Shown here one piece after another: positions 9,416 through 19,938 of a DNA stretch of 64,000 nt. The stretch is from an uncultured Oscillibacter sp. (lineage in GTDB: Bacteria; Bacillota; Clostridia; Oscillospirales; Oscillospiraceae), in the NCBI GenBank assembly GCA_947382875.1, contig CANDBG010000004.1, positions 7,067 through 71,066 of the forward strand, given 5' to 3'. The notes under the pieces were generated by a model, which saw nothing but the letters and a program-made list of their open reading frames with translations, did not search any database and had not been told where the DNA came from. The position numbers and the translations under genes were made by a program. The first letter of the stretch is position 1; each line of letters starts with the position of its first letter.

Positions 9416-9937
9416 ATGCGAAAAATTTTACTGGTCATTGACATGCAGAACGATTTCATCAACGGCGCGCTGGGTACGCCGGAAGCGGCAGCCATCGTGG
9501 ACCGGGTCGCAGCGGAAATTGAAGCCTATCCAGTGGGAGACGTCATTGCCACGCGGGATACCCACGGAACGGATTACCTCCAGACCCAGGAGGGGAAAAA
9601 TCTTCCAGTTCCCCACTGTATCCAGGGCACGCTTGGCTGGGAGCTGCATCCGAAAATTGCCGCCGCACTGAAAGGGGCCGTTATAGTGGACAAGCCTTCT
9701 TTTGGTTCCGTTAAGCTGACGGAAATGCTGGCAGAACTTTCCAAGCTGGATAATCTGGACATTACCCTTTTGGGACTCTGCACCGACATCTGTGTCGTTT
9801 CCAACGCCCTGTTGCTCAAGGCGTTTCTGCCGGAGACGCCCATTCGGGTACTAGCGGAGTGCTGCGCCGGCGTCACGCCGGAGAGCCACAAGGCGGCGCT
9901 GGATACCATGCGAATGTGTCAGATTCAAATTGCGTAA
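9416..9937 (+). CDS. isochorismatase/nicotinamidase-family cysteine hydrolase
   Basis: VIDMQNDF, HCIQGT.GW, GLCTDICV. Confidence 0.9.
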   Translation: MRKILLVIDMQNDFINGALGTPEAAAIVDRVAAEIEAYPVGDVIATRDTHGTDYLQTQEGKNLPVPHCIQGTLGWELHPKIAAALKGAVIVDKPSFGSVKLTEMLAELSKLDNLDITLLGLCTDICVVSNALLLKAFLPETPIRVLAECCAGVTPESHKAALDTMRMCQIQIA

Positions 9938-9947
9938 GGCAAAGCTG

Positions 9948-9977
9948 CAAAAGGGCGGGCCGCAGGCCCGCCCTTGC
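9948..9977. terminator. terminator hairpin between convergent genes
   Basis: AAGGGCGGGCC/GGCCCGCCCTT. Confidence 0.7.
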
Positions 9978-9980
9978 TCT

Positions 9981-12900
9981 CTACAGACTGAAATACGCCT
10001 TTGCGGAGGCAAACAGCCGCATGTCGTAATTTCCGGGAACGTTTTGATACAGTCCCGGACCTACACGTTCTGCATGGCCCATTTTGCCGAAAATGCGTCC
10101 GTCCGGGGACGTAATGCCCTCCACGGCCCAAGCGGAACCATTGGGATTTCCGTCCGGGTCCATGGTGGGAACGCCGTCCAGGTTTGCGTACTGGGTGGCA
10201 ATCTGACCGTTTTCCGCCAGCTGCTTCAGCAGCTCCGGACGGCACAGGAACCGGCCCTCACCGTGGGAAACCGGCACGGTGTAAACCTCGCCCGGCTGCG
10301 TGCCTGCCAGCCACGGGGACTTGTTTGACACAATCCGCGTCCGTACAATCTTCGACTGATGCCGTCCGATGACGTTGTAGCTCAGCGTCGGACAATCGGC
10401 GTTCATGCCAGTGATTTCGCCGAAGGGCAGCAGGCCCAGCTTTACCAACGCCTGGAAACCGTTGCAAATGCCTAACGCCAGGCCGTCCCGGTTTTTCAGA
10501 AGGTCCATGACTGCCTCGGAGGTCTCCGGACCGCGGAGGAAGGCCGTGATGAATTTACCGGAACCCTCCGGCTCGTCGCCTCCGGAGAACCCGCCGGGGA
10601 GAAACAGAATCTGACTCTGCCGCAGCTTTTCTGCAAAGCGGGCGGCGGAGTCCGCCACGTCCTGCGCCGACTGGTTGTTTACGACGAAAATTTCCGTCTC
10701 CAAGCCGGCCCGCCGCGCGGCGCGGGCGCTGTCGTATTCGCAGTTTGTGCCGGGGAACACTGGAATCAGAACCTTCGGTTTTGCAACGCCGGTCTTTGGC
10801 GCGGCGCGGGTGAATGCAGGACACTCCAAAACAGGGGCGTCGCCGTCCACGACGGCCCGGGTGGGGTATACGTCCGACAAAACCGATTCGTTCAGTGACA
10901 GCAGTTCATCAATGGACGCCGTGTCGTCCCCGATGGAGACCACAGGCTCGGCGGTCGTATGGCCAATTTTCGCAAACAGGCCGTCCGGATGACAATTCCC
11001 GATCTCCTCCGTCAGCTCCGCCGCGATGGCGCCGGGGCGGGATGCATACCATGCAGCGGTATTCCGTCCCAGGCCATGAAATCCGACCCGATTGCCGAAA
11101 CACATTTTCATGACGGCCTCTGCAAGACCGTTTTCCACTGCGTAAGCGGCTCTGACTTTTCCGGCCTGCGCCAGACGGTAAAATTCGTCCCAAACGGCTT
11201 TCCGGCTCTCCGGACTGCCGTCAATGCCGTCCTGCATAAACAAATAAACCGGGTGACTGGCTTCCTTAAATTCGGGCGTAATCACCTCGCCTGCCTGGAT
11301 TGGCGCAATGGCGAAGGAAATCAAAGTCGGAGGAACGTCCATGTCCAGGAAGGAACCCGACATGGAGTCCTTGCCGCCAATGGCCGCCGCGCCAAAATCC
11401 ATCTGGGCTTCCATGGCTCCCAGGAGCGCCGCAAAGGGCTTTCCCCAGCGTTCCGGTTCCTGCCGCAGCTTCTCGAAATATTCCTGTAAGGTGAGATAGG
11501 CGGTTTTGTAGTCCGCGCCCGCCGCAACCAGCTTCGCCAGAGAAACCGTTACCGCGTCATATGCGCCCTGGTAGGGATTGGCCGACAACGCCTCCGGGTC
11601 GCACGCCCAGGACATGACGCTGGCTTGTGTCGTCTCCTGTCCCGGCAGAACAGGCAGCAGCGCCGCCATTGTCTGCGCGGGAGTTGTCTGGGTTTTGCCG
11701 CCGAAGGGCATCAGCAGACTGCCGGAACCAATGGAGCCGTCGAATCGCTCCACAAGTCCCCTCCGGGAAGCGCACCGCAAACTGACCGCCATTTCCCGCA
11801 GAGCGGTATACGGCGCTGTGCCCGGATTCGGACGGCCCGTTTCCTTCACGTAAACCTCGGCGTGCTTCACCGCGCCATTGGAATTCAGAAACTCCCGGCT
11901 TAAATCGACAATGGTTTCACCCTGCCAGCGCATAACCATACGGGGCATTTCCGTCACAACGGCAACCGGATAGGCTTCCAGGTTTTCCGCTCGGGCGGCA
12001 GAAATGAACCTGTCTGCGTCTTCCGGGGCCACCACCACCGCCATACGCTCCTGACTTTCGGAAATCGCCAGTTCCGTGCCGTCCAGACCATCGTACTTTT
12101 TCCGCACGGCATCCAGGTCAATTGTAAGGCCGTCGGCCAGCTCGCCGATGGCGACGCTTACGCCGCCTGCGCCGAAGTCGTTGCAGCGTTTGATGAGGCG
12201 TGTGACGTTTCCGTCGCGAAACAGACGCTGAATTTTCCGTTCCTCGGGAGCGTTGCCCTTCTGGACCTCGGAGGCCATGGTTTGCAGGGACTTGCGGTCG
12301 TGGCTCTTGGAGGAACCCGTTGCGCCGCCAATACCGTCGCGTCCTGTACGCCCGCCCAGGAGGATAATGACATCACCGGGAGCCGGCCGCTCGCGCCGGA
12401 CATTCTCCGCCGGAGCCGCTCCTACAACTGCACCCGTTTCCAAATGCTTGGCGACGTAACCGGGGTGATACATCTCCGCTACGTGGCCCGTGGCAAGGCC
12501 AATTTGATTGCCATAAGAAGAATAGCCGGCGGCGGCGGTCTGCGCCAGCTTCCGCTGAGGCAGCTTGCCGGGTAACGTATCCGTCATGGGCGCCCGGGGG
12601 TCTCCGCAGCCGGTGACGCGCATTGCCTGATGCACATAAGCGCGGCCCGACAAAGGGTCCCGGATACAGCCGCCGATGCACGTAGCCGCACCGCCGAAGG
12701 GTTCGATTTCTGTGGGATGGTTGTGGGTTTCGTTCTTGAACATCAACAGCCAGTCCTGTTTTTTGCCGTCCACCACAGCGGGGACGTGGATGGAGCAGGC
12801 GTTGATTTCCTCGCTCTCGTCCAGCTCCGGAAGGAGCCCCCGTTTTTTCAGAGCTTTCGTCGCAATCGTTGCAATGTCCATCAGCGTTTCCGGGCGCTCT

Positions 12901-13694
12901 TTCGCCTTTTCGCCGTAGACCTCGCTGCGCAGCTTCAAATAATGATAATAAGCCGTTTTTACGCGGGGGTCTTCAATTTCTCCGCCGTCGATATGTGTGG
13001 AAAACGTGGTGTGACGGCAGTGGTCGGACCAGTAGGTATCCACTACCCGGACTTCTGTAAGGGTTGGATCACGGTGTTCGCTGGTTTTGAAATAGTCTTG
13101 CAGGAACTTGAGGTCATCCAGGTCCATGGCAAGACCCAGCCGGTTCAGGAGGTCCTGCAAGCCCCCTTCCGGAAGGGCGGTAAAGCCTGACAGAACCTCC
13201 ACCGCAGGGGGTTCAGAATGCGTACGGACCAGAGTTTCCGGCGTTTCCAGGGCCGCTTCCCGGCTCTCCACGGGGTTAATGACGTAGCCCTTGATTTTCT
13301 CCAAATCCGCCGCGGAAAGTTCGCCCTCCATCAAATACACTTTCGCGTAGGACACCAGGGGACGGTCCACGCCTGCCATAAGCTGAATGCATTGGGCGGC
13401 GGAGTCCGCGCGCTGGTCGAACTGTCCGGGCAGGGCCTCCACTGCCAGAACGCTGTACGGACCTTCCGGTACGGGGCAGGCGTCCTCATAAAGCAAATCC
13501 ACCTGCGGCTCGGAAAACACAATCGTTTTCGCCCGCTGATACACGTCGTCCTCGAGATTCTCCACGTCGTAACGGTTGACCAGCCGCAGGCCGGTCAGGG
13601 CCGTGATGCCCAGAATCGTACGCAGTTCGTTCAAAAGCCCTTGGGCTTCCAGGCGCAGGGCGGGTTGTTTTTCCACATATACGCGTCTGACCAT
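9981..13694 (-). CDS. purL: phosphoribosylformylglycinamidine synthase (fused large type)
   Basis: WSDHCRH, KNETHNHPT, GICNGFQ, SHGEG. Confidence 0.95.
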   Translation of the reverse strand: MVRRVYVEKQPALRLEAQGLLNELRTILGITALTGLRLVNRYDVENLEDDVYQRAKTIVFSEPQVDLLYEDACPVPEGPYSVLAVEALPGQFDQRADSAAQCIQLMAGVDRPLVSYAKVYLMEGELSAADLEKIKGYVINPVESREAALETPETLVRTHSEPPAVEVLSGFTALPEGGLQDLLNRLGLAMDLDDLKFLQDYFKTSEHRDPTLTEVRVVDTYWSDHCRHTTFSTHIDGGEIEDPRVKTAYYHYLKLRSEVYGEKAKERPETLMDIATIATKALKKRGLLPELDESEEINACSIHVPAVVDGKKQDWLLMFKNETHNHPTEIEPFGGAATCIGGCIRDPLSGRAYVHQAMRVTGCGDPRAPMTDTLPGKLPQRKLAQTAAAGYSSYGNQIGLATGHVAEMYHPGYVAKHLETGAVVGAAPAENVRRERPAPGDVIILLGGRTGRDGIGGATGSSKSHDRKSLQTMASEVQKGNAPEERKIQRLFRDGNVTRLIKRCNDFGAGGVSVAIGELADGLTIDLDAVRKKYDGLDGTELAISESQERMAVVVAPEDADRFISAARAENLEAYPVAVVTEMPRMVMRWQGETIVDLSREFLNSNGAVKHAEVYVKETGRPNPGTAPYTALREMAVSLRCASRRGLVERFDGSIGSGSLLMPFGGKTQTTPAQTMAALLPVLPGQETTQASVMSWACDPEALSANPYQGAYDAVTVSLAKLVAAGADYKTAYLTLQEYFEKLRQEPERWGKPFAALLGAMEAQMDFGAAAIGGKDSMSGSFLDMDVPPTLISFAIAPIQAGEVITPEFKEASHPVYLFMQDGIDGSPESRKAVWDEFYRLAQAGKVRAAYAVENGLAEAVMKMCFGNRVGFHGLGRNTAAWYASRPGAIAAELTEEIGNCHPDGLFAKIGHTTAEPVVSIGDDTASIDELLSLNESVLSDVYPTRAVVDGDAPVLECPAFTRAAPKTGVAKPKVLIPVFPGTNCEYDSARAARRAGLETEIFVVNNQSAQDVADSAARFAEKLRQSQILFLPGGFSGGDEPEGSGKFITAFLRGPETSEAVMDLLKNRDGLALGICNGFQALVKLGLLPFGEITGMNADCPTLSYNVIGRHQSKIVRTRIVSNKSPWLAGTQPGEVYTVPVSHGEGRFLCRPELLKQLAENGQIATQYANLDGVPTMDPDGNPNGSAWAVEGITSPDGRIFGKMGHAERVGPGLYQNVPGNYDMRLFASAKAYFSL

Positions 13695-13696
13695 TT

Positions 13697-14974
13697 TTAA
13701 CCCTCCATGGCGGACAATGCCCGCTTGCCAATGTCATGGCGCAAATATTTTCCCTCAAATGCAATGCATCCCGCGGCGGCATATGCGTCTTTCAGAGCGG
13801 CCTTCAGGGTTTTGCCGGTGGCGGTGACGCCTAAAACCCGTCCGCCGTTGGTGACGAGCTTTCCATCGGTCCGCTTGTCTCCGGCGTGGTAGACCGTGAC
13901 ATTTTCTGGCAGATGATCGGGGACCGTTATGACCTTTCCCTTTTCATAGCTCCCCGGATACCCGGCGGACGCCAGAATCACACAGGCGGCGGCTCCGCTG
14001 TGCCATTCGACGTTCAAACCGCCCAAGGTTTCATTTTCCACAGCCTGCATCACCGTAAGCAGGTCGGTTTTCAGCAGCGGCAGAACCACCTGGGTCTCCG
14101 GGTCGCCAAAACGACAGTTGTATTCGATCACCTTGGGGCCGTCGGGGGTAATCATCAGGCCGAAATACAGACAGCCCTTGAACGGACAGCCCTCCGCCCG
14201 CATGGCGGCCAGGGTGGGCAGAAAAATGTTCTCCATACAGGTCCGGGCAACTTCCGAAGTATAGCAGGGGTTCGGCGCAACCGTTCCCATACCGCCGGTA
14301 TTGAGTCCGGTATCGCCCTCTCCGGCGCGCTTGTGGTCCATAGAGGAAACCATTGGCACAATGGCCGTGCCGTCGGTGAAGGCCAGGACGCTGACCTCCG
14401 GACCGGTAAGGAATTCCTCAACGACAATCTCATTGCCGGAGTCGCCGAAGGTTTTGTCCTCCATGATAGACTTGACCGCTGCTTCAGCTTCTTCCAAATT
14501 CTGGGGAATCAGCACGCCTTTGCCCAATGCAAGTCCATCCGCCTTGACCACAATTGGGAACGATGCGCCCCGCAGGTATTCCAGCGCCGCCTTGGGGTCG
14601 CTGAACACCTCATAACGGGCAGTGGGAATGCCGTACTTCTTCATAAGATTCTTGGCAAACACCTTGCTGGCCTCGATCCGGGCGGCTTTGGCATCCGGAC
14701 CAAAACAGGGAATGCCCGCTTCATGCAGACGGTCCACACAACCCATGGCAAGAGGATCGTCCGGCGCGACTACGGCAAAATCAATTTGCTGTTCCTTGGC
14801 GAAATTTACGATTTTATCAATATCCTTCGCGCCGATTTCCGGCACGCACACCGCGTCAGCGGCAATGCCGCCGTTGCCGGGAAGGGCGTAGACGGTTTCC
14901 ACCTGCGGGTTTTCCTTCAATTTTTTAATAATGGCGTGTTCGCGGCCTCCGCCGCCGACGACTAACAATTTCAT
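13697..14974 (-). CDS. purD: phosphoribosylamine-glycine ligase
   Basis: GGGGREHA, KADGLALGKGV, RFGDPETQ. Confidence 0.97.
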   Translation of the reverse strand: MKLLVVGGGGREHAIIKKLKENPQVETVYALPGNGGIAADAVCVPEIGAKDIDKIVNFAKEQQIDFAVVAPDDPLAMGCVDRLHEAGIPCFGPDAKAARIEASKVFAKNLMKKYGIPTARYEVFSDPKAALEYLRGASFPIVVKADGLALGKGVLIPQNLEEAEAAVKSIMEDKTFGDSGNEIVVEEFLTGPEVSVLAFTDGTAIVPMVSSMDHKRAGEGDTGLNTGGMGTVAPNPCYTSEVARTCMENIFLPTLAAMRAEGCPFKGCLYFGLMITPDGPKVIEYNCRFGDPETQVVLPLLKTDLLTVMQAVENETLGGLNVEWHSGAAACVILASAGYPGSYEKGKVITVPDHLPENVTVYHAGDKRTDGKLVTNGGRVLGVTATGKTLKAALKDAYAAAGCIAFEGKYLRHDIGKRALSAMEG

Positions 14975-14986
14975 GGAAACCCCTCC

Positions 14987-16171
14987 TTAATGATGGAACA
15001 GCCGCATACTGGTAAAGCACATGGTCATATGGTACTTGTCGGCGGTCATGATCACGTGGTCGTCGCGGATGGAGCCGCCCGGCTGGACAATATACTGTAC
15101 GCCGCTGCGGTGCGCCCGCTCCACGTTGTCGCCGAAGGGGAAAAAGGCGTCGCTGCCAAGGGTGACGCCGGTCAGCTTTTGGGCAATCCACTCTTTTTTT
15201 GCGGCGGGCGTCAGAACCGGCGGACATACCTTGAATGTATTTTGCCAGGAGCCGTCGGCCAGAAGCCACTCGGATTCCTCGTCGGACAGATAACAGTCAA
15301 TGGCGTTATCCCGGTCGGGACGGCGGATGTTGTCCACAAAGGGCAGATCCAGCACATACGGATGCTGCCGAAGCCACCAGCTGTCGGCTTTCGTTCCGGC
15401 CAGACGCGTACAGTGGATACGGCTCTGCTGTCCTGCGCCTACGCCGATGGCCTGTCCGTCCTTCACGTAACAGACGGAGTTGGACTGCGTATATTTCAGG
15501 GTAATCAGCGCGACGGTCATGTCAATTTTGGCCTGTTCCGGAAGCGTTTTGTTCTGGGTCACGATGTTGCCCAAAAGCGCCTCATCGATTTTGAACTCGT
15601 TCCGGCCCTGCTGGAACGTCACACCAAAAACATCCTTGTATTCCACTGGGTCCGGGACATAATCTGGGTCAATCTGTACTACATTATAATTACCTTTTTT
15701 CTTGCTTTTCAGAATTTCCAAAGCCTCCGGCGTATAACCGGGCGCGATTACGCCGTCAGAGACCTCCGCTTTGAGGTATTGCGCCGTCGCGGCGTCGCAA
15801 ACGTCGGAGAGCGCCGCCCAGTCGCCGTAGGAACAAAGACGGTCGGCTCCGCGGGCGCGGATGTAGGCGCAGGCAATCGGGGACAGCTCCGCGCCCGGTT
15901 CCACGAAATAAATTTTCCGGTCGGTTTCGCTCAGCGGCAGTCCTACCGCCGCCCCGGCAGGGGAAACGTGCTTGAAGCTCGCGGCGGAAGGCAGCCCGGT
16001 CGCCTCTTTCAGCTCCCGCACCAGCTGCCAGGAGTTGAAGGCGTCCAGAAAATTGATATAGCCCGGTTTGCCGTTCAGGACGGTGATGGGCAGCGCGCCG
16101 CCGTCCCGCATGAAAATCCGGGAGGGCTTTTGATTGGGGTTGCAGCCATATTTCAGTTCCAGTTCCGTCAT
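14987..16171 (-). CDS. purH: AICAR formyltransferase (transformylase domain only)
   Basis: LKYGCNPNQ start, SFKHVSPAG, SDAFFPF; no N-terminal IMP cyclohydrolase domain. Confidence 0.9.
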   Translation of the reverse strand: MTELELKYGCNPNQKPSRIFMRDGGALPITVLNGKPGYINFLDAFNSWQLVRELKEATGLPSAASFKHVSPAGAAVGLPLSETDRKIYFVEPGAELSPIACAYIRARGADRLCSYGDWAALSDVCDAATAQYLKAEVSDGVIAPGYTPEALEILKSKKKGNYNVVQIDPDYVPDPVEYKDVFGVTFQQGRNEFKIDEALLGNIVTQNKTLPEQAKIDMTVALITLKYTQSNSVCYVKDGQAIGVGAGQQSRIHCTRLAGTKADSWWLRQHPYVLDLPFVDNIRRPDRDNAIDCYLSDEESEWLLADGSWQNTFKVCPPVLTPAAKKEWIAQKLTGVTLGSDAFFPFGDNVERAHRSGVQYIVQPGGSIRDDHVIMTADKYHMTMCFTSMRLFHH

Positions 16172-16205
16172 AGTCCGCACTCCTTTTTTATTGATAAACT
16201 TTTGA

Positions 16206-16958
16206 TTACTCTTCCTGGAAAAATCGATTGTGCCAGGCCCAGTAAGATTCCCGTTTTCCGCACTCCGGACAAACGCCGTCACCGTAAACCAGCGGCAGGA
16301 CGGGCAAAATCAGATCGTCGCCCAAACAGGAGAACAGGCCGGATACCCAAACCGCCTCATCTGTCAGGGACTTGCCGTCCCAGGGCGCAATCCTGACGGG
16401 TTTCAGGAATTCCGTTTCCTCCGACAGAGGAATACATTCGTCATTCCATCCGCAGGTGCATGCCCCAGGGCACTCCTCCCAGCAGGAACCGGAGAGGTCC
16501 AGAAGGTTATAGGCGTGCTTCCGGTCGCCCAGGAACGCCAAGGCTCCGATCACAAACATCTGCCGGTCTTCCTCGGGGGCCGCTTTCAGCGTGTCCATAT
16601 GATTTTGAATCAGGTCCACAACCACCGGACGCAGACCCGTTAAGCCTTCCTGAAATTCGCGCCAAGCTTCCGTATTTTCTTCCAGGGGAGAAACGGACTC
16701 GGCGGCAACCGCCGCGCCCATTTGGGCAATCAGAAACACCTGATTCTCCGGTGACAGCCTTTTGCACAGTGCCGCCAGGTGGGGCAGGACGTAGGAGGTG
16801 GCGCTGTACCAGCTCAGCTGGTGGCTGATGTCCTCCGCCACGATTTCCATTCCCTCACGAAATTCCTCCTCGCCCGCCAGCAGACGGCGGAGCCACTTAT
16901 GCACGTCGCGGCCGGCGGAATCCAGTTCCTCCCATATTGACGCATTCAAATCAACCAT
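16206..16958 (-). CDS. hypothetical protein with helical N-terminus and C-terminal Cys clusters
   Basis: GGGAGG RBS; CPGACTCG and CPECGK; Trp-rich and acidic. Confidence 0.7.
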   Translation of the reverse strand: MVDLNASIWEELDSAGRDVHKWLRRLLAGEEEFREGMEIVAEDISHQLSWYSATSYVLPHLAALCKRLSPENQVFLIAQMGAAVAAESVSPLEENTEAWREFQEGLTGLRPVVVDLIQNHMDTLKAAPEEDRQMFVIGALAFLGDRKHAYNLLDLSGSCWEECPGACTCGWNDECIPLSEETEFLKPVRIAPWDGKSLTDEAVWVSGLFSCLGDDLILPVLPLVYGDGVCPECGKRESYWAWHNRFFQEE

Positions 16959-16974
16959 TGCTGTAAACCTCCCT

Positions 16975-18168
16975 TTACTCGTCTGCGGTATCCTCGTTGA
17001 TGAAATCATATTCCTGCTCCATCAACATTTCCAGGTATTCGTCAAAGCTGTCCGCAATGACGGTCAGCTCGTCGGGGTCGTGGACAAAACGGACAATCTG
17101 GCCCGTTTTGCCGGTTTCAGAAGGGGAAAAGTCAATGTACAGCTGGGAAGTGCCGCCGTTGTTCATGCAGTCGGAAAAGTGCAGCCAGTGCAGCGCTTCC
17201 AAATCGTCCGTGATTCTTTCGTCGACCGGAATGTCGTCGTATTCCCGTTCAATCAGGTAATCGCCCCACTTCTGGAAATTGTCCTTCGTTTCCAACATCT
17301 GCTCTGCCGACAAAAGATAATACGGGTATTCCTCCAAGTCGGAACCCAGAAAGTACAGGCAGGTTTTTTTGCCCTTTTGGTACTCTCGGTAATAGGTGCC
17401 GTCGGCAAATTGCAGCAAAGCTTCCAGACTGCCCGGAAGTTCCGGATAAAACGTCCGGAGACGTGAGAGGTCGTCGTCGCTGACGCCGTGGGCTGTCTGA
17501 ACGAATTCCTCCCAGACCTCCGCAGCGTTGCAGTCTGTGTAGGCTTCCTTCAGGCCGTCGATGTACTTCTGCGCCAGCTTCCGGCGCTCGGACGCAAACC
17601 AGCCGGAGAAAATATTCTCCAGGAATGCCTGGAAGGAATCGGCAACCGGCACCATTTCCGGCTGAAGAATTTCCCGGCCAACGTCCTCGTCAAAGTCGAA
17701 AAGAACCTCGTGGTCGATCTGCACAACAGGACAACGGTCCTCGTCCGGCATGTTGGCAAGGTCGATGCAGCGGATAAAATACCCATCCATGTCCCAGGAG
17801 AAGGGCAGATAGCCCGCCCGGACCAACGTGGGGTTCCAGGCATTCTCAACTGCGCCAAATACATCGTCAAGGGGTTGGTTCCACAGATCCGTGTCGTCAA
17901 AATAGTGGCAATAGGTGGAAAGGGCGGTCCGAAGAAGGCTCGGAAATGGACAGCCGGTTTCCTGTTCCAGCTTATTCAGGTCCTCCGCCGTCACCGGGGA
18001 GGGGAGCAGTTTCCATTTACACCAGCCGTCTTTGTCCGGCGGTTCCGCCTGCATAGCCTCCGGCACGTCGCACATTTTGAGTAAAATGGAATCGGCCTGT
18101 TCCATTTCCTGGTAGAGTTTTTCAAGGCCGTTTTTGATAAAAGCGGTCTGTTCTGCTTGGTTCATCAT
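16975..18168 (-). CDS. tandem SMI1/KNR4 (SUKH) immunity-like protein
   Basis: Two SUKH-like units (LEQETGCPFPSLLR...YLPF.WD; LPGSLEALL...GTSQLYIDFSP...IADSFDEYL). Confidence 0.8.
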   Translation of the reverse strand: MMNQAEQTAFIKNGLEKLYQEMEQADSILLKMCDVPEAMQAEPPDKDGWCKWKLLPSPVTAEDLNKLEQETGCPFPSLLRTALSTYCHYFDDTDLWNQPLDDVFGAVENAWNPTLVRAGYLPFSWDMDGYFIRCIDLANMPDEDRCPVVQIDHEVLFDFDEDVGREILQPEMVPVADSFQAFLENIFSGWFASERRKLAQKYIDGLKEAYTDCNAAEVWEEFVQTAHGVSDDDLSRLRTFYPELPGSLEALLQFADGTYYREYQKGKKTCLYFLGSDLEEYPYYLLSAEQMLETKDNFQKWGDYLIEREYDDIPVDERITDDLEALHWLHFSDCMNNGGTSQLYIDFSPSETGKTGQIVRFVHDPDELTVIADSFDEYLEMLMEQEYDFINEDTADE

Positions 18169-18218
18169 GTCGTTTTCTCCCTCGCTCATCACTGCCTGCG
18201 CCACGTCCGGCATATGCT

Positions 18219-18824
18219 TTATTTCGCTTTCATCAGTTGTGCCGCAACCATTTCCGCCGCCTGCGGCAGCAAAATCCACTCCGCTTGCTCCATTACGCGC
18301 CGCTGCAGGACCTTCGGCGTGTCGCCCGGCTGGACTTTCACCGCCTTTTGCAGCAGAATCCGTCCGCCGTCGGGGATTTCGTTCACCAGATGCACCGTCG
18401 CCCCCGTGACCTTCACGCCGCGGGCCAACGCCGCCTCGTGTACCTTCAAGCCATAATAACCTTTTCCGCAAAACGCGGGGATCAGGGATGGATGCACGTT
18501 GACAATCCGCCCCGGCCAACGCTTGACGAAATCCTCCGAAAGAATCGAAAGGAACCCGGCCAGAACAATCATGTCCACCTGATATTCGGTCAGTTTTTCG
18601 TTGAGACCGGCCTCAAATTCCGCCTGGCTGTTTCCCTTCCGCGGGACGGCAAAGCCCGGCACATGATGATTTTCCGCCCGTTCCAGGGCGTAGGCCCCCG
18701 CCGCGCTGGAAAGCACGAGGACGATTTCACCATGAGGAATCTGTCCAGTCTCCTGCGCGTTCAGAAGCGCCTCCAGATTTGTTCCGCCGCCGGAGACAAA
18801 AACGGCAATTCTCGCCTTGCTCAT
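18219..18824 (-). CDS. purN: phosphoribosylglycinamide formyltransferase
   Basis: SGGGTNL, NVHPSLIP, GATVHLV. Confidence 0.97.
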   Translation of the reverse strand: MSKARIAVFVSGGGTNLEALLNAQETGQIPHGEIVLVLSSAAGAYALERAENHHVPGFAVPRKGNSQAEFEAGLNEKLTEYQVDMIVLAGFLSILSEDFVKRWPGRIVNVHPSLIPAFCGKGYYGLKVHEAALARGVKVTGATVHLVNEIPDGGRILLQKAVKVQPGDTPKVLQRRVMEQAEWILLPQAAEMVAAQLMKAK

Positions 18825-19888
18825 ACGACCGGAGGGCAGATTTCGCCAAAGGAAACGCCCGCGTCTCCGCGCTGAACGCGGCCCACGACAGCGGCATCCG
18901 TCTCGCCGGAGGCGCGCAGAATGGCAAGGGCTTGTTCCGCCTGCTCCCGGGGAACGGCCAGAACCATGCCAAGACCCATATTAAAGGTATTGAACATATC
19001 GTGTTTCGAAATGCCGCCGCGCTTTTGAATCAGGCTGAAGACCGGCAGATTCGGCAGCGCCGCCGCATAGAAAAAGGCTTCCAGCCCCTTAGACAGCATA
19101 CGGGGAACGTTTTCATAGAACCCGCCGCCGGTGATGTGACTGGCTCCATGCAGGTCGATTCCGCCTTCCAAAAGGGCCAGCAGCGGCTTTACATAAATTT
19201 TTGTCGGGGCCAGGAGCGTCTCACCCAAAGATTTGCCGTCCAGCTCGTCCAGCGGAGCGGTCAAATCGGTGTGTTCGATATCAAAAACCTTTCGTACCAG
19301 CGAAAAACCGTTGGAGTGAATGCCGGAGGAAGTCAGGCCAATCAACGCGTCGCCTGCGGCAACCTTGCTGCCGTCGATGATCTTCGGCCGGTCCACCACG
19401 CCCACCGCAAACCCGGCAACATCGTAGTCATCCGGCTCCATTACGCCGGGATGCTCGGCAGTTTCGCCGCCGATCAGGGCGCAGCCCGCCTGAACGCAGC
19501 CCTCCGCTGCGCCGGAAACGATATCTGCCACCTTTTCCGCCTTGTTCTTGCCGATGGCAATATAATCCAGGAAAAACAGGGGCTTTGCACCGCTGCAAAT
19601 GATGTCGTTGACACACATCGCCACGCAGTCGATGCCGATGGTGTCATGTTTGTCCAGCAGCTGGGCAAGACGCAGCTTGGTTCCCACGCCGTCGGTGCCG
19701 GAGACAAAAACCGGTTCCGTCATGCCGGAGAGGTCCGGCGCAAAGAGTCCGCCAAAACCGCCGATTCCAGAGAGAACGCCGGGAATTTTCGTTCGTTCCA
19801 CGTGCGGCTTCATCAGCCGCACGCCCTCATAACCGGCTTCAATGTCCACGCCTGCGGCGGCATAGGCTTCCGAATGAGAGTTTTTCAT
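18821..19888 (-). CDS. purM: AIR synthetase
   Basis: DGVGTKL, GGETAEHPG, HSNGFSL; AAGGAGG RBS. Confidence 0.97.
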   Translation of the reverse strand: MKNSHSEAYAAAGVDIEAGYEGVRLMKPHVERTKIPGVLSGIGGFGGLFAPDLSGMTEPVFVSGTDGVGTKLRLAQLLDKHDTIGIDCVAMCVNDIICSGAKPLFFLDYIAIGKNKAEKVADIVSGAAEGCVQAGCALIGGETAEHPGVMEPDDYDVAGFAVGVVDRPKIIDGSKVAAGDALIGLTSSGIHSNGFSLVRKVFDIEHTDLTAPLDELDGKSLGETLLAPTKIYVKPLLALLEGGIDLHGASHITGGGFYENVPRMLSKGLEAFFYAAALPNLPVFSLIQKRGGISKHDMFNTFNMGLGMVLAVPREQAEQALAILRASGETDAAVVGRVQRGDAGVSFGEICPPVV

Positions 19889-19938
19889 ATGCAACCTCCT
19901 TCATGCGGGGACCGCCCCGGCGGTCCCCTGTGAACGCG

